Source: a virus (lineage: Duplodnaviria > Caudoviricetes). Taken from it: a DNA stretch of 30,178 nucleotides. The notes below the pieces were generated by a model. It had not been told where the DNA came from. It worked only from the letters and a program-made list of their open reading frames with translations, and did not search any database. The stretch is from positions 1 to 30,178 of IMG/VR virus record IMGVR_UViG_3300043447_000346. One strand, 5' to 3'. The position numbers and the translations under genes were made by a program. Shown in pieces: positions 22,897-30,178 of the stretch (positions within the stretch are counted from its first letter, which is position 1; the number at the start of each line of letters is the position of its first letter).

Positions 22897-25520
22897 TGAG
22901 CGATCGTGCGCCCTGGCGCCCCCGCACCGCCGATGCCTACGCCCGTCGTCTGTCGACGCTGCTGCCCGAGGGCGAGGTGTGGCCGCGCGACCCGCAATCG
23001 ACGCTGCAGCGCGCGCTGCACGGCCTCGCGCAGCTCATCGCGCGATGGGCTACCGACACTGGGACATTCCTGCTGCATGAGGCGTTTCCGCCGACGTCGA
23101 GTGCGGCGCTGCTGCTGCCCGATTGGGAGCGCGTGCTCGGACTGCCCGACCCGTGTCTGCGGCGCCCCTCCGACGATCTCGCCGAGCGTCGCGCGCTGGT
23201 CCTGTCCAAGCTCGCGCAGCGCCCGGGCCGGCAGGACCGCGCCTACTACATCGAGATCGCGGCCGCGCTGGGCTACGACATCCACATCACCGAGTACCGC
23301 CCCTTCGAGTGCGGTCGATCCCCCGTGGCGGGCGGCATCGAGGAGACTGGACTCTCGACCATCCGCGGCTACGGCCTCGGCGACCCGCGCATCCGCTACG
23401 TGTGGCGCATCAGCGGCATCGACGTCGATCTGACTTGGTTCGCCGTCGGCGGTGCCAGCTCGACCGGCAATGACCCGCTGCTGCGCATCGAGGGCGGTGA
23501 CGACATCGCGTGCCTGCTGCGCCAGATCGCACCCGCGCATACGCGCCTCGTGTTCGACACCACGGCCGCGCCCGCCACTCCCGGCGTCGGCGGTATCCAG
23601 CCGGCGCAGTTGCCGCCGCTGTTGACGACAGCAGCAATGGATCAGGTGTTTACGCTCACGGGGGTCCCGGTGGCGGCGTTCCGCGCGCAGAATCTGCCGC
23701 CGGGGCTGACGCTCGACAGCGCAACAGGTCGCGTCACCGGGCTGACGACGCTCGCCGTCGGGGCCCCGTACGACTTCACGATCACCGGGGCCGGCCGTGG
23801 GCGCTCGGCCCTGCGGCGCTATCGTGGCGTGGTGCGCGATATTCTGCTCGCCATCAGCGCGCCGGCCCTGACGCGGCTGCTGATCGGGCAGACTTATGCG
23901 CTCAACATCGAATTCAACCGTCCGGGCACGTTCGCCGTCACCAGCTCGATCGATCTCGCCCCGCTTGGCCTGACGCTGGCCGAGTCGCCGACCGGCTGGC
24001 GCATCAGCGGTACGGTGCTCGGCCCGGTGCGCACGGAAACCGTCGTGCTCACCGCGACCGACGTCGAGACTGGCGAGGTGGCGACGCGCAGCTATTCGAT
24101 CGCCATTGCACTGCCGCTCGCCGTGACGCCCGCGTCCGGCGCGCTGGCACCCGCCTACTTCGACACCAGCTATCAATCGCAGGTGTTTACGATCAGCGGC
24201 AGCACGGGAGCGTACAACGTCACGCTGGCCGCGCCGACCGCACTCAGCGTCGAGATGCTGACCGCCACCACATTCCGGCTCGTGGCGCCGGCAGTCACGG
24301 CCAATGCGACGGTCGCACTGACGATCGCTACGGCGACGGACACGATCACGCAGTCGCACGCGCTCAGCGTCGGGCCGCTGCCTATCTCGCTGGCCGCAGC
24401 GGATGGCGGTGACTGGGTCGTCGACGAGCCGATCGACCCCGTCGTCATCACGGCGGCGGGCGGGATCTCCCCGTTCACGTTTGTCGCGACGTCGGGCCTG
24501 CCCCCAGGGCTGGCTCTTGCGACCACCGGACCCCGCACCGCGACCATCACCGGCACGCTCGGCGAGAGCGCGCTCGACACGACGGTCGCGATCGACATCA
24601 GCGCGACGGACACCACCGGCACGGCGGGTCTGCTCACCATCAGCAAAGAGGTTCAAGAGGACGATGACATGCCAGAGCCCATGATCGTCAATGGCGCGAT
24701 GCACGTGTGGCAGGAGCAGGAGACGTTCTCGTTCAACGTCACCGCGCCCGCCGCGAAATACACCGCCGACCAGTGGCGTTGCCACGGTGCTGGCACGGCC
24801 TCGCGCGTCAACGATGTGCCGCCCGCGATGGGCCTGATGCACGCGCTCAGGTACCGCACCAACGACGTGACCTCGGGCCTCTCGCAGATCATCGAGGATG
24901 GCGCGGCGTGGGCGCAGGGCCGCACGATCACGCTGTCGGCGTGGGTCAAGGGGCCGGCCGGCAAGACGGCCAAACTCGGCATTGACCACGTCGGCGACAG
25001 CGCGAGCTACACGTACACGGGCGCGTGGCAGTATGTGACCTACACCGCCACTGTCGCCAACGACTTCGCGACGCTGACGGCCAACGCGGCCAAGCCGCAC
25101 CTCGTCGTGCGCATCAACAAGGCGACCACTGCGCTCAGCACCGAGGACGTGTTTGTCACGGCGGTCAAACTTGAGATCGGCGCCACTGCGACGGCGTTCA
25201 AGGCGCGCAGCCACGCCGCCGAGCTGCGCGCGTGCCAGCGGTACTATCAGACGAGCTACCCGCGCGGGGTGTATCCGGGTGCGGCGTCTGTATCGTCGCT
25301 GTTTTCAAACGGCGTCCCGCTAATGCTACCCGTGTCGATGAGGGCGGCCCCTGCGGCGCAGGCATACAACCACCAACAGCTGAACTCCGGCTGGATCTAC
25401 GAGTATCCGAACTACAACACTTTTTATCCGACCCTCTACGCGACGCCGACCACGATCACCGTTGGCATGAGTGGGTTTTTGCGCGCGTGGTGCCACTACG
25501 TCCTCGACGCGAGGCTCTGA
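22896..25520 (+). CDS. Baseplate wedge protein (Mu gp48/DUF2313-like) fused to tandem Ig-like domains and a tail-fibre-type C-terminal domain
   Basis: N-terminus LLPEGEVWPRD, LLPDWERVLGLPD, YYIEIAAALGYDI.ITEY.PF, CLL.QIAPAHT; then LPPGLTLDSATGRVTG-type repeats; C-terminus IVNG..VWQ...ELRACQRYYQ...MRAAP...DARL. Confidence 0.85.
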   Translation: MSDRAPWRPRTADAYARRLSTLLPEGEVWPRDPQSTLQRALHGLAQLIARWATDTGTFLLHEAFPPTSSAALLLPDWERVLGLPDPCLRRPSDDLAERRALVLSKLAQRPGRQDRAYYIEIAAALGYDIHITEYRPFECGRSPVAGGIEETGLSTIRGYGLGDPRIRYVWRISGIDVDLTWFAVGGASSTGNDPLLRIEGGDDIACLLRQIAPAHTRLVFDTTAAPATPGVGGIQPAQLPPLLTTAAMDQVFTLTGVPVAAFRAQNLPPGLTLDSATGRVTGLTTLAVGAPYDFTITGAGRGRSALRRYRGVVRDILLAISAPALTRLLIGQTYALNIEFNRPGTFAVTSSIDLAPLGLTLAESPTGWRISGTVLGPVRTETVVLTATDVETGEVATRSYSIAIALPLAVTPASGALAPAYFDTSYQSQVFTISGSTGAYNVTLAAPTALSVEMLTATTFRLVAPAVTANATVALTIATATDTITQSHALSVGPLPISLAAADGGDWVVDEPIDPVVITAAGGISPFTFVATSGLPPGLALATTGPRTATITGTLGESALDTTVAIDISATDTTGTAGLLTISKEVQEDDDMPEPMIVNGAMHVWQEQETFSFNVTAPAAKYTADQWRCHGAGTASRVNDVPPAMGLMHALRYRTNDVTSGLSQIIEDGAAWAQGRTITLSAWVKGPAGKTAKLGIDHVGDSASYTYTGAWQYVTYTATVANDFATLTANAAKPHLVVRINKATTALSTEDVFVTAVKLEIGATATAFKARSHAAELRACQRYYQTSYPRGVYPGAASVSSLFSNGVPLMLPVSMRAAPAAQAYNHQQLNSGWIYEYPNYNTFYPTLYATPTTITVGMSGFLRAWCHYVLDARL

Positions 25521-25523
25521 TCC

Positions 25524-26126
25524 ATGGTCACCTCCGCACGCTACACCACCATCGACCACAGCCTCGTCACCGCCGTCATCGACGGCGCGGAGTGGCAGGG
25601 TCTCGCCACCGCCGTCGTCGACGGCCGCCTCACCGTCGTCGGCGAGGGCAACCTGCAGCGCACGCTGCAAGCCTGGCTCGACGCCGGCAATGCGCCGGCC
25701 GCCTACGACCCGCCGCCGGTCGATCTCGCCGCCGCCAAACAGCGCCGCATCGAGGCCGCATGGGCGGCCATGGGCGAGCGCCTCGCCAGCGGAACCGTGC
25801 AGGTAACGACGAGCGCCGGCACGCACATCTACGGCATCGACCAGACCGCGCAGGACAACATCAGCAAAGCGCTGCTCGGCGCGCTCGCGGGCCTGTCGCC
25901 GGATCCGCGGCCGTGGACGCCCAAGGGCAGCGCGCCGATACTGCTCAGCCACGCTGACGTCAAGCTCGTCGCCGGCGCGGTCGGCCTCGCCTACGAGCGC
26001 CACGTGCAGGCCTACCTCGCGCACAAGCGCGCCATCGCCACGCTCACCACCGCCGCCGACGTCGCCGCCTACGACCTGACGCAGGGCTGGCCGACGGATA
26101 CCTCCAACGCCGGGACCACCCCATGA
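25524..26126 (+). CDS. Putative tail fibre assembly chaperone (DUF4376-like)
   Basis: WLDAGNAPAAYDPP...HVQAYLA.KRAI....DV..YDLTQGWP; follows a fibre-like domain. Confidence 0.7.
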   Translation: MVTSARYTTIDHSLVTAVIDGAEWQGLATAVVDGRLTVVGEGNLQRTLQAWLDAGNAPAAYDPPPVDLAAAKQRRIEAAWAAMGERLASGTVQVTTSAGTHIYGIDQTAQDNISKALLGALAGLSPDPRPWTPKGSAPILLSHADVKLVAGAVGLAYERHVQAYLAHKRAIATLTTAADVAAYDLTQGWPTDTSNAGTTP

Positions 26127-26911
26127 AATATCAGCCACCGTTCCTGCCCGGCTTCACGTCGGCCGGCGGGATCTATAACCCCAACGCCAACGCGGGCTAC
26201 GTCAACGGCAATCCGCAGACTGGCGTTGAGGGCAGCTATCCGCCCGCCGAGGCGATCGAGCACCCGCTGCGTGAGATCATGGCCGTCATTCAGGACGCTG
26301 GCCTGACGCCGAGTGCGACCGACCTGACGCAGCTGCTGCAGGCGCTGCGCCGCATGACGCAGCGCGCAGGGGTGCCGCAGAACATTTTTTACGTCGAGAC
26401 CAGCGGCACCTACACCAAGCCGGCGGCGCTGGCGTTTCTGCGCGTGCGCGGCATCGGTGGCGGCGCCGGCGGCGGCGGCAGCAATACGTCGAGCTGGGGG
26501 GGCGGCGGCGGCAACGGCGGCTATTTCGAGGCCTGGTTTCTCGCTGATGCCATCGCCGCGACCGAGGCCTACACGGTCGGCGCCGGTGGCGCGGGAGTCT
26601 CGGCCGGCGTCGCCGCCGCAGGCGCAAACGGCGGCGCGACGACGTTCAAGGGCATCACTGCGCTCGGCGGCGGCGGCGGTGGCTCGGGCCCCTCCGGCGG
26701 CAATTTCGGCGAGGGCGGCACCGTGTCCGGCGTGCCCGCGGGGAAGGGATTTTCGGTGCAAGGGATGCGCGGCTATCCCGGCCTCTACACCGGCATCGTC
26801 ACGCCGACGCCGTTCGTGCTTTACGGCCGCGGCGGCAGCAGTGGACAGGCAGCGGCGACAAGCGTCCCCGGCGCCAACGGCGTCCTCGAATTCGCGGAGT
26901 ATTTCCGATGA
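26123..26911 (+). CDS. Short tail fibre protein with a glycine-rich domain
   Basis: Mu-like fibre N-terminus (YVNGNPQTG.EGS.PPAEAIEHP.REI..VI..AGLTP...DLTQLLQAL) followed by SGTYTKP...GGGAGGGG...YTVGAGG. Confidence 0.82.
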   Translation: MKYQPPFLPGFTSAGGIYNPNANAGYVNGNPQTGVEGSYPPAEAIEHPLREIMAVIQDAGLTPSATDLTQLLQALRRMTQRAGVPQNIFYVETSGTYTKPAALAFLRVRGIGGGAGGGGSNTSSWGGGGGNGGYFEAWFLADAIAATEAYTVGAGGAGVSAGVAAAGANGGATTFKGITALGGGGGGSGPSGGNFGEGGTVSGVPAGKGFSVQGMRGYPGLYTGIVTPTPFVLYGRGGSSGQAAATSVPGANGVLEFAEYFR

Positions 26912-27489
26912 CTGACCACCTGACCCTTGCCGTGCTCGACCGCAACGGCATCATCACCAATATTTTCGTGGTGCCGGCCGGCGCCCTCGTGACGCCGTCC
27001 AACTGGTCGAAAGGCGACGCGTCGGGCGTGGCCCCCAAGGGCTGCTCGCTGCTGGTCGCACCAGCCGGCGCCGTGATCGGTGCGCGCGTCGTCGACGGCG
27101 TCGTGCAGCGCGTGGAGGTGCCGCCGACTGAGGCCGAGCTGTTGAGCTACTCGGCCGACAAACGCTGGCGGACCGAGCAGGCTGGCACCCGCCACGGCGA
27201 CATCGACGTCCCGACCAGCGACCGGTCCAAGCTGCTGCTGATGGGCGCGGCGATGTCGATGGCTGACACCGACAAAGCGCCCTACGTCACCGCCGCCGGC
27301 AGTGTCACGCTGACCGGCGCACAATTCAAGGCGCTCTATGGTGCCGTCACGGCGCACGTGCACAACTGCTTCGCGGCACAGGCGCTGGTCGATGCCGGCA
27401 TCACGGCGGGCACGACGACGTCGTATGCGGCGGTCGACACCGCGTGGGTCGCCGCCATGACCAAAGTCGCCGCGCCGCCGCAGGCGTGA
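26908..27489 (+). CDS. Putative tail fibre assembly chaperone (DUF4376-like)
   Basis: LLSYSADKRWRTEQAG...TSDRSK...VTAHVHNCFAAQ...ITAGT.T...VD.AW. Confidence 0.72.
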   Translation: MTDHLTLAVLDRNGIITNIFVVPAGALVTPSNWSKGDASGVAPKGCSLLVAPAGAVIGARVVDGVVQRVEVPPTEAELLSYSADKRWRTEQAGTRHGDIDVPTSDRSKLLLMGAAMSMADTDKAPYVTAAGSVTLTGAQFKALYGAVTAHVHNCFAAQALVDAGITAGTTTSYAAVDTAWVAAMTKVAAPPQA

Positions 27490-27490
27490 C

Positions 27491-27880
27491 GTGCGCGTCC
27501 TGCTGTTGCGCGATCTCACGCGCGACGATGCGGAGATGACGCTCGCCGCACCGGTGCGCGTCACGCTCGGCGCTGGCCTCGATATCGTCGTGCCGGCGGG
27601 CACGACGACGGACTTCGCGTCGATTCCGCCGCTGCTGCGCGGGCTGGTGCGGCGGCGTGGCACTGATCTTGCGGGCCTCGTGCACGACCACCTCTATCGC
27701 ACCGGCCTGGTCCGGCGGCAGGTCGCCGACGGCATTTTCTACGCGCTGTGTCGCGATGCCGGCGTTTCCGCGGGGCGGTCGCTCGCGCTGTTCCTGGCAG
27801 TGACGCTGCTCGGCCGCCGCTACTACCGCCGCGCCGCCGATCTGCGCCCCGCGCCCCTTGATGACGGACACGAGCCATGA
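27491..27880 (+). CDS. DUF1353-family protein
   Basis: VVPAG.TTDFASIP, AGLVHDHLY, ADGIF...GVS motifs; GTG start. Confidence 0.85.
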   Translation: MRVLLLRDLTRDDAEMTLAAPVRVTLGAGLDIVVPAGTTTDFASIPPLLRGLVRRRGTDLAGLVHDHLYRTGLVRRQVADGIFYALCRDAGVSAGRSLALFLAVTLLGRRYYRRAADLRPAPLDDGHEP

Positions 27881-28770
27881 GCGACACCCGCGACCGGTTT
27901 CCGGCCTGCCTCGCCGAGACGCTGCGCTGGGAGGGCGGCTATTCCGACCATCCGCGCGACCCCGGCGGCCCGACCATGGCCGGCGTCATTCAGCGCGTCT
28001 ACGACGCCTGGCGCGATCAGATGGGGCTCGAGCGGCGACACGTGCGCGAGATCGAGCGGCGCGAACTCGAGGCGATCTACCGGCAAAACTACTGGCGCGC
28101 GGTGCGCGGCGATGAGCTGCCGCCCGGTGTCGATCTCGTCGTGTGGGATTTCGGCGTCAACAGCGGCCCCGGCCGCGCCATCCGTGCGCTGCAGGCGTGC
28201 GTCGGCGTCACAGTCGACGGCCATCTCGGCGCCGGCACGCTCGCCGCCGTGCGCGCCGCTGATCCCGACGCGCTGGTGTCGGCGCTGATGGCCGAGCGCC
28301 GCCGCTTCCTGCGCCAGATCAAGACATTTCCCACATTCGGCAAGGGGTGGCTGCGCCGCTGCGACGGCGTCGAGGCGACCGCACGCCTGCATGTCGCGCA
28401 CGGCTGCGGTGTCACCGCCGAGCCGCCGGTCCTGGTCGTGCCGCTGCCGCTCGCCGACCTCGACGCGCAGTCCGCAACGCAGGGCCGGGCAACGCCGCCA
28501 CCGACGCCGGCGCGCGTCGGCGTCGCGGCGCGCGCCTGGGGTTGGCTGCTGACGGCGCTCGGGCTCGGTGCCGGCGTCGAGCAGGCCGCCGATGCGCTGC
28601 CCGCCGTCGACGCCGCGCAGGCGCTGAGCCTGTGGGAGCGCGTCGAGCCGCTGCTGACGCGCCTGCTGACGTCGACCGCTGGTCTCGTCACGCTGGCTGC
28701 GATCGCCGCCGGCGTTGTCGTCGTGCTGATCGGCCGCGCCAGTACGCGCCGCCAGATCCTCGAGGGATAA
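27877..28770 (+). CDS. Endolysin, glycoside hydrolase family 108 with PG-binding domain and C-terminal hydrophobic segments
   Basis: EGGYSDHPRDPGGPTMAGV, IYRQNYW, DFGVNSGPGRA, VDGHLGAGTL, FGKGWLRR; hydrophobic LVTLAAIAAGVVVVLIG near the end. Confidence 0.93.
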   Translation: MSDTRDRFPACLAETLRWEGGYSDHPRDPGGPTMAGVIQRVYDAWRDQMGLERRHVREIERRELEAIYRQNYWRAVRGDELPPGVDLVVWDFGVNSGPGRAIRALQACVGVTVDGHLGAGTLAAVRAADPDALVSALMAERRRFLRQIKTFPTFGKGWLRRCDGVEATARLHVAHGCGVTAEPPVLVVPLPLADLDAQSATQGRATPPPTPARVGVAARAWGWLLTALGLGAGVEQAADALPAVDAAQALSLWERVEPLLTRLLTSTAGLVTLAAIAAGVVVVLIGRASTRRQILEG

Positions 28771-28772
28771 TC

Positions 28773-29282
28773 ATGCCGCTCCCACTCGTCTTGCCTGTGC
28801 TGGCGCCCGTCGCGGCGATTGCGCGGGGCGTCGTCGATGCGCTCGCGAAGTTGCGCGTCAGCGTCAATGGCCTCGCCATCGCCGGCCTCATCGTCGTGAT
28901 GACGTGCGGCGGCTGGTGGATCGCCCGCAAGGCGCGCGCGGCGGCGATCGCCGATCGCATCGCTGCCGAGACGCGCGTGACGGCTGCCATCAACGGCCAG
29001 CTCCGCGACTGGATCGCGCACAAGCGCGGCGACCTCGCGCTCGACGACACGCGCGTCCTCGCCATCCGTGGCGAGCTGCGCACGCTGCTCGAGGCACTGC
29101 CGCCCGACGTCGTGACGACCTATGTGCCGGTGACGGCGCCGCTGGTAGTGCCGGCGCCCGCCGTGACGGCTGCAACGTCCGTCACGCCGCCGCGGCGGAC
29201 ACCCGTGGCTGTAGAGGGCTGCGCCGTCTATCCCGACGACGTGCGCGCCAAACTCAACGAGATCAACGTGAGGCGCCCATGA
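28773..29282 (+). CDS. Putative inner-membrane spanin (Rz-like, 169 aa)
   Basis: GAGGG RBS, ATG 28773; TM segment LAIAGLIVVMTCGGWWIA, helical region, Cys near the C-terminus (GCAVYPDDVRAKLN); follows the endolysin. Confidence 0.62.
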   Translation: MPLPLVLPVLAPVAAIARGVVDALAKLRVSVNGLAIAGLIVVMTCGGWWIARKARAAAIADRIAAETRVTAAINGQLRDWIAHKRGDLALDDTRVLAIRGELRTLLEALPPDVVTTYVPVTAPLVVPAPAVTAATSVTPPRRTPVAVEGCAVYPDDVRAKLNEINVRRP

Positions 29283-29581
29283 TGAGCCTACGACTGTCAT
29301 CCTGCGCCGCGCTCGTGGCGCTGCTGCTCGCCGGCTGCGCCAGCACGCCACCGCCACCGCCAGCGTGGCGCGACCTGACGCCGCCCGACGCGGACACGCT
29401 GGCGCCCGCGCCTGCTCTCGACGACATCCCCGCGTGTGACCGTGGCGCGCGGCGCGAGCGCATCGCCTGTCGCGCGGCCTACGACGCGGACACGCGCGCC
29501 AAATACGTCGTCCTCGCCGGTCGCCACACCGCGGTCGCCGGCTGGGTCCGCATCGTCATCGCCCGGCAGCGCGCGCCGTGA
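29279..29581 (+). CDS. Putative outer-membrane lipoprotein spanin (Rz1-like, 100 aa)
   Basis: ATGA overlap; lipobox LLAG-C followed by Pro-rich ASTPPPPP and two more Cys. Confidence 0.72.
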   Translation: MMSLRLSSCAALVALLLAGCASTPPPPPAWRDLTPPDADTLAPAPALDDIPACDRGARRERIACRAAYDADTRAKYVVLAGRHTAVAGWVRIVIARQRAP

Positions 29582-29659
29582 CAGCCGCGCGCCCGCATCA
29601 GCAGAATCGCATGCACGTGCTCGCGTCGACCGGAGGCCATCGTATGGACGGGGCTGCAC

Positions 29660-30028
29660 ATGACACGCGAGACTTCCTGGCCAGCATCGACCGTCACCTC
29701 CGATCAGCACCTCTTGATGATGCTCGGCGAGATGCGCGCGGACGCGCGCCATACCCTGCTGGCGATGGATCGCGTCGAGACGCATCTGGGCCAGATCGAT
29801 CAGCGCCTGGCGCAGGGCGACGCGACGATGGGCGCGCTGCAGCGTACGACCGAGGATCTCAACCGGCGCATGGAGGAGCAGGAGGCGCGACCGACCGAGC
29901 CGCCGCCGACTTGGGAGCGCAATGGCAAATACCTGCTGACGTACCTGCTGCCGCTCGGCGTGCTGTACGCGACGGGCAACGCCGACATCGCCAAGCAGGC
30001 GCTGGGCCTCATGCTCGGCGCCAAATGA
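29660..30028 (+). CDS. Hypothetical coiled-coil protein with a C-terminal hydrophobic segment (possible holin or lysis accessory)
   Basis: Heptad-rich MDRVETHLGQIDQRLAQG...LNRRM, then YLLTYLLPLGVLYA; GC-rich third positions in this frame. Confidence 0.65.
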   Translation: MTRETSWPASTVTSDQHLLMMLGEMRADARHTLLAMDRVETHLGQIDQRLAQGDATMGALQRTTEDLNRRMEEQEARPTEPPPTWERNGKYLLTYLLPLGVLYATGNADIAKQALGLMLGAK

Positions 30029-30174
30029 CGCCGTCAGTGACGCCATGGCGTACGGCCGCGCGTGCGGCGTGGGAGCGTCTGCTTGACCGGCGCACGCGCG
30101 AAGATCGCCGCCTGTGGCGCTCGCTGCTGCTGTGCGTCGGGATGATCGCGTTCGCGGTCGTCGTGCGCGTGTGA
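30025..30174 (+). CDS. Small membrane protein (49 aa)
   Basis: ATGA overlap; basic N-terminus then LWRSLLLCVGMIAFAVVVRV. Confidence 0.5.
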   Translation: MTPSVTPWRTAARAAWERLLDRRTREDRRLWRSLLLCVGMIAFAVVVRV

Positions 30175-30178
30175 TCCG

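Noticed and set aside
22818-25214. Long minus-strand ORFs (798 aa here; also 12752-14296, 7854-9341, 28089-29357, 16724-17893 and others)
   Set aside because: Antisense shadows of well-supported + strand genes in high-GC DNA; Arg-rich, no recognisable motifs.
26455-26720. GGC-rich runs in the fibre gene as a tandem-repeat element
   Set aside because: They simply encode the Gly-rich domain common in phage fibre proteins.
28347-29278. Extended starts for the spanin-like ORFs (28347 and 28904), and likewise 5873, 7128, 11925 and 21703
   Set aside because: The upstream extensions overlap real genes out of frame; internal ATGs with RBS or stop-start coupling give better starts.
1-30178. Interpretation as a tailocin/eCIS, T6SS or RcGTA-like gene transfer agent
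   Set aside because: A complete terminase-portal-protease-capsid set indicates a DNA-packaging phage, and the lambda-type head with contractile Mu-type tail does not match RcGTA organisation. A domesticated element cannot be excluded from this window alone.

Overview
This GC-rich window is a single + strand late-gene (virion morphogenesis and lysis) operon of a tailed phage or prophage, probably of an alphaproteobacterial host (inferred from gene styles). A lambda-like packaging and head module (Nu1-like and gpA-like terminase, gpW, portal, S49 protease with nested scaffold, decoration protein, gpE-like capsid) is joined to a Mu-like contractile tail and baseplate, fibres with chaperones, and a GH108 endolysin with spanin-like genes. 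No integrase, repressor, replication, tRNA or CRISPR features are visible. The main novelty is three unannotated Ala/Gly-rich basic proteins between portal and protease. They have unrelated bodies but share a C-terminal ~27-aa tag (R-[ST]-S-Y-x4-G-x-T-V-x2-T-x-A-Q-x3-W); in two of them the C-terminal 74 aa are encoded by a 225-bp near-perfect direct repeat. One of them also shares a motif with the tape measure protein. Together these suggest a modular capsid cargo-loading or ejection-protein system. Also notable: a covarying hairpin just 5' of both the capsid and tail-tube genes, and two baseplate core proteins extended by paralogous Ig-like domains, each followed by an in-frame internal RBS+ATG. 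All family calls come from motif recognition and synteny; no database searches were run.
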